Positions 47,262 through 56,930 of a stretch of 62,340 nucleotides of DNA are shown piece by piece. The notes beneath the pieces were generated by a model that was not told where the DNA came from, did no database searches, and saw only the letters and a program-made list of their open reading frames with translations. Position 1 is the first letter of the stretch, and each line of letters starts with the position of its first letter. The DNA lies in IMG/VR virus record IMGVR_UViG_3300014166_000003, positions 1 through 62,340 of that record; one strand, written 5' to 3'. Made by a program: the position numbers and the translations under genes. This DNA comes from a virus (taxonomy: Duplodnaviria; Caudoviricetes).

Positions 47262-47635
47262 TGCCATTGCTGACAAAGACCGCGCTCAGGGACTTGCGCG
47301 AACGCAATAGGCGTATCTGTGCTGAATGCAATAACACAACGTTCGAGGACTACTGCAGGCAGTGCGATGAATTCTTTTGGGATGGGCATGTGATGCTAGC
47401 CAACGTGACGGTTCGAGAGATCGATCCGGAGAACCAACAAGAGATCCACGGCAGCGAAGAGATCAGGATCTACACGTGCTCGTGTATCAGTGAGCATCAA
47501 AACGCGAAGCATCGAAACTACCGTCTGCAGATCACAGAGCCCTGGAAGCATGACGCAGCGGTCAAGCGAGCGGGCGGAATCGATTGGGAAGTAATCAGCG
47601 ACGAGTCTTTGCCGAATGACATAGCGATACCGTAG
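47258..47635 (+). CDS. Zn-binding hypothetical protein
   Basis: CAEC...YCRQCDEFF..GH. Confidence 0.55.
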   Translation: MMPLLTKTALRDLRERNRRICAECNNTTFEDYCRQCDEFFWDGHVMLANVTVREIDPENQQEIHGSEEIRIYTCSCISEHQNAKHRNYRLQITEPWKHDAAVKRAGGIDWEVISDESLPNDIAIP

Positions 47636-47662
47636 ATCAGATTGCAGCACGGGGGGAGAACA

Positions 47663-48001
47663 ATGGCAACATACACAGAAAAAGACAAGGTCGTACCGAT
47701 CATCGTCGAGTACGGTGCTCGCGGGATCAAGAGCTATACCGAGGAAGAGCACCTTGAGTCGATCAAGCAGGCATTCATAGACAAGAAGGCTGATTTCATT
47801 ACGCTCGACAGCAACATAAACGGGCAGCAATTTCTTTCGGCGAATGTAGCCTGGGCGATGAACAAAGGTTGGCTGTACTGCAGCTCGTCGGCGGGCTATC
47901 CGGAAGATCAAGACGCGCAGGAAACCATATGGGCATTCCGGCTGACAGAGAAAGGCATCAAAGAACTCACTGATACTGAGCCTCAAGTCGTCGCGTCGTA
48001 G
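47663..48001 (+). CDS. Hypothetical protein
   Basis: GGGGAG SD; C-terminal FRLTEKG (wHTH-like). Confidence 0.6.
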   Translation: MATYTEKDKVVPIIVEYGARGIKSYTEEEHLESIKQAFIDKKADFITLDSNINGQQFLSANVAWAMNKGWLYCSSSAGYPEDQDAQETIWAFRLTEKGIKELTDTEPQVVAS

Positions 48002-48030
48002 GAACATTCGTTAAGAATAGGAAGGAAAGC

Positions 48031-48165
48031 ATGTTTATTTTTCAAATTGTCGGCGGATTGATCATGCTCGCGCTAGGCGTGAGCGGGCTCACACTGCTTT
48101 ACGGTTTGCTGAGCGGACCGAGACCACAGCACGCAGTACGTCGCAATCTGCGGCGAATCAAGTGA
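48031..48165 (+). CDS. 44-aa membrane peptide (below the ORF-track cutoff)
   Basis: AGGAAGG SD; MFIFQIVGGLIMLALGVSGLTLLYGLL followed by an Arg-rich tail. Confidence 0.5.
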   Translation: MFIFQIVGGLIMLALGVSGLTLLYGLLSGPRPQHAVRRNLRRIK

Positions 48166-48205
48166 TTCGAACGAAGTCGTGAACGAACAGCGGAGGGTAA
48201 GGAAG

Positions 48206-48475
48206 ATGGGAGCAGAACGAATACGCATGCCGTCATACACACCGCGTCCATTGAATCAGGAAGCAGCAAACAGTGATCCGCATCGCGAATACATCGGCGA
48301 TGGCGTATACGTGACGTTCGATAGTTTTCACCTTGTGCTTACAACTGAGAACGGCATACAGATCACAAACGAGATCTTCATCGAGCCCCAGGTCTGGTTG
48401 AATCTGACTGAGTACGTGAAGAAGCAGATCGATCGACGCAAAACAGAGATCGATGGAACAGGGCTAGCAGGATGA
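48206..48475 (+). CDS. Hypothetical protein
   Basis: YIGDGVY..FD....LT.......I..EP.V motif. Confidence 0.65.
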   Translation: MGAERIRMPSYTPRPLNQEAANSDPHREYIGDGVYVTFDSFHLVLTTENGIQITNEIFIEPQVWLNLTEYVKKQIDRRKTEIDGTGLAG

Positions 48476-48687
48476 CACCAACTGAAGCGATTGCCGATCT
48501 GCAGGCACAGGCCGATGAAGCAGATCGATTTCTTCTCAAGTCAGCCATTGTACGTGTTGAATCCTTGAAGACGGCACTCGTGCATATTCGCGACCTGAAG
48601 AAGCAGATAACTGCACTTGTCGATGCAGTAGGACGTGCCAAAGACGATGCAAGCCGCCAGCGATATCCGGACACTACGGGGCAATGA
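48472..48687 (+). CDS. Hypothetical protein
   Basis: ATGA coupling. Confidence 0.5.
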   Translation: MTPTEAIADLQAQADEADRFLLKSAIVRVESLKTALVHIRDLKKQITALVDAVGRAKDDASRQRYPDTTGQ

Positions 48688-49052
48688 AGTTCAAGGCACA
48701 GCCGTGGCAGCGGAACGATTACAACCGGCGTGCTCAGCGACGTTCGCAGGATGGGCAGCGTCCGCATCACAGGTGCTATCGCTTTCGTCAGCGGCTTACG
48801 GGCGTCGAACGGGTTGACCAAGATCAGTGGTTGTTCTATGGCGTGGAAGGCTGGACCTGTCTCGACTGCCAGAACTTTCAACCGGGCAGCTTCCTAAATC
48901 CATTTAAGACAGATGATGAAAACAAGATAGTCGAGATCAAAGCAAGGGACGTGACACCGCACGACGGACAGCCAGGACATGAAAACCAAAAAGCAGCTCG
49001 AAACAGCAATCAAGTTCCATCGTCACCTAGACAATTGCGAGCAATGTCATGA
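48684..49052 (+). CDS. Hypothetical protein
   Basis: ATGA coupling. Confidence 0.45.
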   Translation: MKFKAQPWQRNDYNRRAQRRSQDGQRPHHRCYRFRQRLTGVERVDQDQWLFYGVEGWTCLDCQNFQPGSFLNPFKTDDENKIVEIKARDVTPHDGQPGHENQKAARNSNQVPSSPRQLRAMS

Positions 49053-49185
49053 TCACCCGTTCGAACTCTGCACCACCGGCATCGATCTGCTCATTGCGGC
49101 CGTGTCCGCGATCGACAGCGTCCAGGAAGCGGAGCATCACGAGCTGCAGCCGGTGATCAGGCGCGATCCGCCAGCAGGCACTTAG
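48979..49185 (+). CDS. Hypothetical protein
   Basis: FH.HLD.C.QC...PF.LC..G motif. Confidence 0.55.
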   Translation: MKTKKQLETAIKFHRHLDNCEQCHDHPFELCTTGIDLLIAAVSAIDSVQEAEHHELQPVIRRDPPAGT

Positions 49186-49731
49186 CCGGGAAAAACGTCC
49201 TGGGAAGTAGCAAAAATTTTTTGGTTCTGTCAAGCTGGGACTCCGATTTATAGGTTGGCAGGGAGAAATTACCTGGATCGATAAAAAACGCGACGCGTTT
49301 GTCCACCACTAGAACGGTCCTGGGCGAAGCTATCTGTATGATTCTATGGATGTTAGCTTAAACCCAATGGAATCAGCAGATAGCCTGCCGCCGACTATCG
49401 GCCGTAGTCCGTTCGGCTATTGCCCGAACGGTCTGATCCGCATACCTCGTATGTTTTCAATAGGATAGCCTAGCAGGTCCGCTGCTCTGTGCTCATATTG
49501 TGCTCACCTGGAACCTGGACAGCCTAGCAGGTCCGCTGTGCTCACGAGATCATATGACGTGTTAGCAGCCGTCCAGGTGCCTGCACGCTGTGCAGGCTGT
49601 CACGTAGGCAGGAAACAGAGCCTATCCTATCTGTTTCAGTCCGCTACAAGGTGCCCTATATCGGGAGTGTCGGCAACACGTAGCAGGTGAGCAGCACAGA
49701 CCACAGGTCCAGGACAGCGAGCAGCAGGCTG

Positions 49732-50111
49732 TTAAAGTTTAGCTAGTATCATATGGGGTAGGGACACACTGCGCATGTGCGAGCAGATCATATGAGAGAC
49801 ACGAACAGATCATATATGAGAGGCACGAGAGACAGACACGAGAGAGAGAACCTATACGTAAGAGAGTGATACTTGACTAATTTAGTCAAGATTAACAGTC
49901 TAGCGTATAGGTTAAAACAACCTACATATATGATCTGTCTAATATGACTGCTCTGCTGTGATCTCGCTTCGCTATCTACGTTAGTAGACTGCTCTGTCGG
50001 CAGTCTGTTTGTCCGCTTATGTGCTCACGGCTGCGGACTACGCGTATAGGGCACGGCTGCGCAGTGTGGCGCGGTATGTCCCTACCTGATTTGATACTAG
50101 CTAAACTTTAA
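49732..50111. repeat. Large nested imperfect inverted repeat centred at 49881
   Basis: Core CTTGACTAA-t-TTAGTCAAG; arms 49849-58/49904-13, 49805-18/49925-38, 49765-75/50058-68, 49757-66/50077-86 and a perfect 20-bp pair 49732-51/50092-111. Confidence 0.85.
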
Positions 50112-50965
50112 GGACCTGCTCACCTGGACCTGACCGAACGTCGGCTGCTGCGCACCTGGACCTGGACCTAGAAAGCTGCTCACCTGGACGTCGGCCGACT
50201 CGCTACCAGGTGCTAAGTTAAAAACCCATAACTCGTTTAGAAAAGCAAAAGTGTTTCTATCAGATACATTTTTCTGTCTCATTTATGGTGCAGGTTTTCG
50301 GACAAACTAGCGGCCGATCGGACCTGGACACAGCGAGCAGCGAGCAGCCGACAGGACTGTAAGCAGCCGTGCAAAGTGTCGGCTGTCCTTACACTGCAAC
50401 ACACTGATAACAGAGCATGCGGCCGAATGTGTCGGTATACTTTACGAAAGCAGCGATAGGCCATATGAGCTATGTAGTGAATTGACGGCAATTAGCTTTT
50501 GGCGTCAATTGTGCTAGTAGTGTGCTTCACCTATGACGACACGAAACACAACGAAACAGAGCTACAAAGGCCGTCCAGACCTGGAATGGTTGCAGTACAA
50601 CGTCGACACTCTCGCAATTCAGCGAATTGCTGTCGACGAAAGCAGGCTGTCGGTTGTCGACTATCAACTTTTCGAGCAATCGCTTTTTGATCGTTTCGAA
50701 GCTTCCATGATTGGAATGAGCTAATGACTTTCAGGTTCAATATCGGCCGTTTCCAAGTCGCACTCAACAGAAGCAGTGTGACTGCTCGCTTTTCTGATCT
50801 CGTGTTCCTCATGCTGTCCATAAAACACGGGCTCAGAATTGACGTGCTGCCATTCTCGCAAAATGCGAGCAATCGTATTGCTCGCACTGCTGTCCAGGTC
50901 CAGGTTCCTTACACAACAAACAACACAACAAACAACGTTCGCTAACATCGGGAGATCACAAAACA

Positions 50966-52186
50966 ATGGCACATAACATCGCTTTTGACGCAGCAACGAA
51001 TCAACACATGGTTTTTACAGCAGGTCCGCTCCCTTGGCATAAATTAGGGCAAAACGTCCAGGATGCGCAGGATTGGCAAGCTGCCCGTCGACTCGCGCAC
51101 CTGGACTGGCAAGTTACGAAAGTACCAATGTACATGCATGCTTTCGTCGACGGCAAAATGCAGTCAGTCAAAATCCAGGATCACGTTGCCGTCATTCGTC
51201 AAGACACTCGCGAGCAGCTTGGAATTGTTGGCACGGGTTACGAGATCATTCAAAACGATTCGGCTTTTGCGTTCACAGAAGCATTGCTCGAAACAGGTGC
51301 ACTGTATGAGTCGGCCGGGGCACTTGGCAACGGTGCACGCATATGGGTACTTGCTCGCATTCCACAGGCTGATTTTACTGTCGGCAATGCCGATGCGCAT
51401 CGGACCTATCTGTGCTTTACCACATCGCATGATGGTAGCTTGTCCGCTGTCGTCAAGCTGACAGAAGTTCGCATCGTTTGCGAGAACACGCTATCACTGG
51501 CTCTGTCGGGATCAGGCAGCACGATGAAAATTCGTCACACTGCTAGCGCGAGTGACAGGCTACGTGCAGCACAGCGAATGGTCACGGGCACAGTCCAGAA
51601 TGCGCAAAGCATCGCAGAGAAAATGAACCTGCTAGCACGTCGACGTCTCACGCGTGACAGCATGACAGCGATTCTAGACAAGCTGTTTCCTGTGACTGCC
51701 ACGGCTGCAGAGTCGGCCGACGTTTCGAAAACAGGTCGACGGGCAAACATCATTGCCGACGTGCTCGCACTGTATGACAAAAATGACAATAACGCGTTTC
51801 CCGAACAGCGTGGGACAGCCTATAACCTGTTGAACGCTGTCACGAACTACACAGACCATGTTCGGACTGCTCGCGTTACGAACGGCAACGAACGGACAGC
51901 CGACAGTGTCGACGCAGCACGTGCAGAGTCGGCAATGTGGGGCACAGGTTCCAAGTTGAAAGAGTCGGCTTTTCAGATTATCGACACTCTGACAAAGGGA
52001 TCTGAAAGTGTCACGTTCGCTGTCAGCAGTGGCAGCACGGGCAATGAGAACAGCAGCAGCAACAGCAGCACGGCCGTTCTTGATGCACCTGTGGACACTC
52101 CCGACACAATTGACGATATCGCAAAAGCCGATACTTTCATCGCCGACGACCTGGAACGTTGGATTAAGGACACAGACGGGCAATAA
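50966..52186 (+). CDS. DUF932-family protein (LGT_TIGR03299-like)
   Basis: PWH.LG, Y..IQN..AF, ESAG.L.NG..IW.LA, SHDGS, RIVC.NTL..AL, IRHT, GTAY.L.NAVT.Y.DH. Confidence 0.88.
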   Translation: MAHNIAFDAATNQHMVFTAGPLPWHKLGQNVQDAQDWQAARRLAHLDWQVTKVPMYMHAFVDGKMQSVKIQDHVAVIRQDTREQLGIVGTGYEIIQNDSAFAFTEALLETGALYESAGALGNGARIWVLARIPQADFTVGNADAHRTYLCFTTSHDGSLSAVVKLTEVRIVCENTLSLALSGSGSTMKIRHTASASDRLRAAQRMVTGTVQNAQSIAEKMNLLARRRLTRDSMTAILDKLFPVTATAAESADVSKTGRRANIIADVLALYDKNDNNAFPEQRGTAYNLLNAVTNYTDHVRTARVTNGNERTADSVDAARAESAMWGTGSKLKESAFQIIDTLTKGSESVTFAVSSGSTGNENSSSNSSTAVLDAPVDTPDTIDDIAKADTFIADDLERWIKDTDGQ

Positions 52187-52283
52187 CCCGCAGATGGGGC
52201 AGACAGCCTAACAAGCTGTCCGCTTAATGCGACAGTCCAGGTCCAAAGTCCTGGACACAACGACACATCGGGAGATCACTACA

Positions 52284-52370
52284 ATGCATCGAGTCAACTT
52301 TACCCTAGCATGCGTATACGCTGCTGTTTTGTCGTTCACTGCTTCAATCGCGTACGCATTCTGCCGATAG
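52284..52370 (+). CDS. 28-aa hydrophobic peptide
   Basis: Preceded by the conserved ACATCGGGAGATCAC leader; MHRVNFTLACVYAAVLSFTASIAYAFCR. Confidence 0.5.
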   Translation: MHRVNFTLACVYAAVLSFTASIAYAFCR

Positions 52371-52426
52371 CAGCCGACAGCGAACAGCAAACAGCAAACA
52401 ACGAAACATCGGGAGATCACAGAACT

Positions 52427-53251
52427 ATGAACGTACGTAAAACCCGTTTTCCTGAATTAGGCTATACACAGCTTTCTACGGACCTGTGGCGCATTGTGTC
52501 CACAGACGGCAATCAATGTGTAGGTCCAGAATACAGAACGAAAGCAGAGCTACTCGCGGACCTGAGTCGGTATGCCACAGACTATGGCTGTAATCCCGCA
52601 TACGGACAGCAGACCACAGCAGCGAGCAGCGAGCAGCCGACAGAGCAGGTGCTAGCACCTGCTACAAAGGCACAGCTATTAGCAGACGTGCTGCTTCGCT
52701 TTGCCTGCGAGCAGGACGAACAGACAGCGAACAGCCTGCAGCACATCATAGACAGGCTGACAGCCGTATACAGTCACTATGAAATTGCTGCAGCCATTGC
52801 GCAGTCGTATGAGCATATTGCGACGCTCACGTTCCCTGATCCGGAAATGCCTGTGGTCTATCGCAAGCGAGCAGAACAATTCCGGAACCTTGCACGCAAT
52901 GAAAAGGAACAGCATAACGCGTGGGATATCAACAAACAGCCTGTGCCACTGTGGATATACTCGCTGGACTTCATTGTTCGCACTTCTGACGCATCATTTT
53001 TTCATATTCCGAACAGCTTTCAGCGTGAGATCACAAACGGCTGTAGCTGTGACACGTGCAAGTCAGGTGCAAGTCGGCCGACGTGGAACGTGCTAGCTGT
53101 GCCTTTCATCAAGAACCCAACGAAAGCAGGACAAAACACGCATACCTGGACTGTGCACGTGGGCAATATTCCGGAATTCGTGCAGTACTGCGAACAGGTC
53201 CGCAAACGTGCAGAACGGCCGACAGCGAGCAGCGAACAGCAGACGACGTAG
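52427..53251 (+). CDS. Hypothetical early protein
   Basis: The conserved leader motif fixes the start at 52427. Confidence 0.7.
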   Translation: MNVRKTRFPELGYTQLSTDLWRIVSTDGNQCVGPEYRTKAELLADLSRYATDYGCNPAYGQQTTAASSEQPTEQVLAPATKAQLLADVLLRFACEQDEQTANSLQHIIDRLTAVYSHYEIAAAIAQSYEHIATLTFPDPEMPVVYRKRAEQFRNLARNEKEQHNAWDINKQPVPLWIYSLDFIVRTSDASFFHIPNSFQREITNGCSCDTCKSGASRPTWNVLAVPFIKNPTKAGQNTHTWTVHVGNIPEFVQYCEQVRKRAERPTASSEQQTT

Positions 53252-53415
53252 CGAACAGCCTGCAGACGGGCAAACAGGCTGCAGCGATGCCCTACAGCCT
53301 GTTTGTTAATGCACTGTGACTAGGTCCGCAGTCCTAGCAGACAGAAAGCAGCCGACAGAGTCGACAGCCGACAGAGTCGGACACAAACAAGAACACGAGA
53401 ACATCGGGAGATCAC

Positions 53416-54171
53416 ATGAGCAGTTTTGACGAACGAATGAAAGCCGAACAGGCAGAAAAGGAACAGCGAACAGCACACCATGTGGAAGTACTGTCACAGG
53501 TGACGCGTTATGCTGGACTACGGGAGAATGGTTGGACTTTCCAGGTCCAGGACCACGATGGATTCAAACAGTATTACTTCGTGAATTCCACGAACGTACC
53601 GAACGGGAAACTCCACATTTCATTTCCGGATTATGGGAACGATAAGGACAAAAATACACTGTGGATATCCGGTATCTATCCACGTGACAGGCACGGCAAC
53701 GATTACACGAGCTATGAGAAAGAGCGGCCGTCTATCAAGTGCAGTGCCAGCAAGGCACCTGCAGCCATTGCGGCCGATATCATGCGTCGACTCATGCCTG
53801 ACTATCTCGCATTGCTGGACAAGGTTCAGCAGCGCATTGTGAGCTATCACAGCCGAATTGACGCGAAGTCCGCCATAGGTGCATTGCTCGCGAGCAGGTT
53901 CCCTACGCTGCTCACACTACGCGACACTACACGCGGATCAGATCACTACGGACAGCCGAACAAAGGCACAGACGTTCGGCTGTTCGCTTCTGACAAGTCA
54001 TTACGCGAGCATGGCTTACGTGTCGACATTCAGGTTGAAGTGAACGCGGATAACTGCAGCCGATGCGAGCTAACACTGTCGGACCTGGACAGCGAAACAG
54101 TGACAGCCGTGCTCACGCTGCTTTTACAGCGTGCGGCCGACAGCAGCGACACTGATAAATCAGCAGGATAG
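53416..54171 (+). CDS. Hypothetical early protein
   Basis: Conserved leader motif; I..S..K....IA.DI.RRL.P.Y. Confidence 0.7.
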   Translation: MSSFDERMKAEQAEKEQRTAHHVEVLSQVTRYAGLRENGWTFQVQDHDGFKQYYFVNSTNVPNGKLHISFPDYGNDKDKNTLWISGIYPRDRHGNDYTSYEKERPSIKCSASKAPAAIAADIMRRLMPDYLALLDKVQQRIVSYHSRIDAKSAIGALLASRFPTLLTLRDTTRGSDHYGQPNKGTDVRLFASDKSLREHGLRVDIQVEVNADNCSRCELTLSDLDSETVTAVLTLLLQRAADSSDTDKSAG

Positions 54172-54185
54172 CAGGCAGCGAGCAG

Positions 54186-54240
54186 TACTCTAGTGAATTG
54201 ATGGACTTTTGGCAGAGAACCCTATCAATTCACTAGAGTA
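54186..54240. promoter_or_regulatory. 17-bp-arm palindrome (operator or terminator)
   Basis: TACTCTAGTGAATTGAT...ATCAATTCACTAGAGTA. Confidence 0.55.
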
Positions 54241-54457
54241 TTGGAGTCGGCCGACGCGATTCCGGAACAGTCCTATTACTAGACCTATAGTGTCCTGATT
54301 TTTCCAGTGAGGCACTTGGAGCAAACGACAAATGAAAAGCAAAAGTCAGCCGACAACAGCAGCCGATATCGAATCCCACATGATGTGTATGGACTGCCGC
54401 TGCACGGTATGTCTGCAAGACACAACGTCAATAGACAGAACATCGGGAGATCAGAAA

Positions 54458-55873
54458 ATGAAGCACACTAAGAACATCGGACCACAGCTAGACAAGATAG
54501 TCGGACAGCCGAAAACAATGAAACATCCGACAGCAAACAGCACGTGGCGTAGTGAGTACAGACTGCCGTGCAAACGTCCAGGCTGCATCACAGACGACCA
54601 CAATGTAGAGACAGCCGAAAACAATCACAGCCACAGTCACCTAAGCAGTCCAGGCAGCGGAAAGCTTGAACGCAAAGCGAACGGAGATCTCGTTTATCAT
54701 GCCCCGTGGCAGACAGCCTATGCTAAGACGCTCACGCGCAGGACGCGCACATTCAAATCACCTGAGTTAAAAGCACGTGTTGACAAAACATCGGCTGCAG
54801 CCATTGAACGTATCGCGGCCGACATAACCACAGACGACGTACGCGCAACAGGACAAAACGGCCGTGCAGCCTGCGCAGGCTATGAAGTGCGAGCAACAGA
54901 CGGGCATCGGGCTCTGCTCATACCTGGACCTGGACGCAGCAGTAAGGACGAACAGCCGTTAGCATGGTTGGGAAGCTTGGAACGTCCGAAGCGAACATTC
55001 AGCGAATTCGAACAGGACAAAGAGTCAGCATGCTATGGACTCGCTGCGGTTATCGATGATAAGGAATTCCATCTGGCACTGCAGCGAGCAATGGTCATGC
55101 TTGACGGGCGTAAAGACAGGAATCACACTGTCGAGCTATTCGGCCGACGTCCTACGGGCACACTGACAGTACACAGTGCGAATTCGGACATAGGGACGTT
55201 CGACGGTGACGTCCAGGTGACTCTGACAGAGTCGCTATGGTTTGCTGCGGACCTGTACTACTTGGAAGTAGTCTGCGGACAGTGGCCTTTGCACGTATGG
55301 TTTAAGGACGACGAATCAGCTATTGTCTTTGAACCTGCAGATAAGTCATGGCGCTATGTGCTCATGCCGATACGTGGTAAAGCCACAGACGAGCAGTTAC
55401 AGGCTATCGAGCAGGACAACAGAGTCGAGACAGTCGAGCAGCCTGCGGAGTCGACAGCAGACGTCCAGGCACAGGTCCAGGTCCAGGTCCAGGCAGCAGC
55501 AGCAGCCTGCGAACAGACAATTCCTATGAGGAATGGTCCTGAAAATTCAACTCCTATCAGTTGTGGTCCTGAGAATTCGAATTCAGAACAGCCGATAACG
55601 GCCGAATCAAAAGCAGAAACGGACTTTGACTCTCGCGAGATCTTACCGCTAGTCGGGCTCAGTCACGAGAACAGGTATGAATACAGGGAAAGTCCCGACA
55701 ACTATGTGTACCAGTATGATTGCCTGCGTCGCGAAGCATTAGGCTACTTCTGTGCAATCGACGTCTGGTATAGGTCATTCGTCAACGCAAAGCCGAACGG
55801 TGTTAGCTGCTGGATTGAACCTGTGAACAGCGAACGTGCGAACAGCAAGCAGCCGACAATGGTGCACGCGTGA
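54458..55873 (+). CDS. Protein containing a partial DNA polymerase III beta-clamp-like region
   Basis: ATDGHR and terminal YVLMPIR resemble DnaN domains II-III; conserved leader fixes the start. Confidence 0.6.
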   Translation: MKHTKNIGPQLDKIVGQPKTMKHPTANSTWRSEYRLPCKRPGCITDDHNVETAENNHSHSHLSSPGSGKLERKANGDLVYHAPWQTAYAKTLTRRTRTFKSPELKARVDKTSAAAIERIAADITTDDVRATGQNGRAACAGYEVRATDGHRALLIPGPGRSSKDEQPLAWLGSLERPKRTFSEFEQDKESACYGLAAVIDDKEFHLALQRAMVMLDGRKDRNHTVELFGRRPTGTLTVHSANSDIGTFDGDVQVTLTESLWFAADLYYLEVVCGQWPLHVWFKDDESAIVFEPADKSWRYVLMPIRGKATDEQLQAIEQDNRVETVEQPAESTADVQAQVQVQVQAAAAACEQTIPMRNGPENSTPISCGPENSNSEQPITAESKAETDFDSREILPLVGLSHENRYEYRESPDNYVYQYDCLRREALGYFCAIDVWYRSFVNAKPNGVSCWIEPVNSERANSKQPTMVHA

Positions 55874-56301
55874 GCGAGCAGCGAACGGCCGACGACGTCG
55901 GGCGAAGCAAGTTGGGCAACTGCCCGAAGTGCAGCAGTCCTGGACAGCTATTTGTCCAGGACACAGCACAGCGTGCGCCGATCGTCGGACAGTCCAAGCG
56001 AGCACGCTACGTCGGGCATGTGATGCATGAGCATGCAAGCGGACAGCGCAGCACGTGCCTACTGACAAAGTCGGACGTTAGCAGGCTGCAGCCGACAACG
56101 TCGGACGTCGTCCAGGCACAGGTCCACAACAGCGAGCAGTCGACGTGCGATAATCTATCGGAGCAGCCGACAGCGACAGCAGACGAAACGAAAAGCGAGC
56201 AGCCGACAGCACAAGTGCAAACGGGGAAACAAAGCAGCCTATTACTAGGACAGGCAGTCCGAATTTTTCGGAACCTGTTCGGCCAAGCGACCACAAAATA
56301 G
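55870..56301 (+). CDS. Low-complexity hypothetical protein (SEQPTA repeats)
   Basis: GTGA coupling; CPKC...HEH...C. Confidence 0.4.
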   Translation: MSEQRTADDVGRSKLGNCPKCSSPGQLFVQDTAQRAPIVGQSKRARYVGHVMHEHASGQRSTCLLTKSDVSRLQPTTSDVVQAQVHNSEQSTCDNLSEQPTATADETKSEQPTAQVQTGKQSSLLLGQAVRIFRNLFGQATTK

Positions 56302-56325
56302 AATCAACAATCGGGAGATCAAAAC

Positions 56326-56880
56326 ATGAACACAACGATAAATGGTTTCACGGGTGTTATCGCAATGAGCAGAATCAAAGATGCGCATCGAGATCTGCAC
56401 TGGATCAGAAGCACGAATGGTTTCACGCTGGGCAAGTACTATCCCTTTGTGCGCAACACTGGAAACGGGGCAATCGTGCTGAATGATAACGGACATCCGC
56501 GATTCGTCATGCTCGACGGAAGCAAGTCAGCTCACATAATGTCGCGCAGTGGGGAAGCAGTTGGCCTGTTCTTTCCCGTCGACGTGGTGAAAGAACCATA
56601 TTGGTTGGACAGAGACAGCCTTGAAGTGCTCACGCTGGCGCACAGCGACATTTACGATCACATGATTGCGTTCAACGTGCCTATCGACAACCACGAGTCG
56701 GACCTGTATGTGCCCGTGACAGAGCTAACGGAAGCACTCGTGAACATGTACATGTTCAACTCAATCGTATCGCGCTTCACGTCCAGGTTGGACCATACGC
56801 AATGGTTCTGCATTCCGTTCGCATACACTCCGTTCTGGAAAGCACGACTCGACGCAGGCAAGATTGACAGCAACAAATAG
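56326..56880 (+). CDS. Hypothetical early protein
   Basis: Conserved leader; DNHESDLYV.......F.S......W..IPFAY.PFW. Confidence 0.7.
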   Translation: MNTTINGFTGVIAMSRIKDAHRDLHWIRSTNGFTLGKYYPFVRNTGNGAIVLNDNGHPRFVMLDGSKSAHIMSRSGEAVGLFFPVDVVKEPYWLDRDSLEVLTLAHSDIYDHMIAFNVPIDNHESDLYVPVTELTEALVNMYMFNSIVSRFTSRLDHTQWFCIPFAYTPFWKARLDAGKIDSNK

Positions 56881-56930
56881 AATGCGATAAAACAACAGAC
56901 AGAAACAATCGAACATCGGGAGACAAACAA

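Noticed and set aside
49872-49890. N15-like telRL protelomerase site
   Set aside because: The perfect core is only 9+1+9 bp with an odd centre, and no protelomerase is seen in the window; kept only as an unexplained IR.
50499-50945. Short ORFs upstream of the DUF932 gene
   Set aside because: No convincing RBS or conserved leader; composed largely of the regional repeat words.
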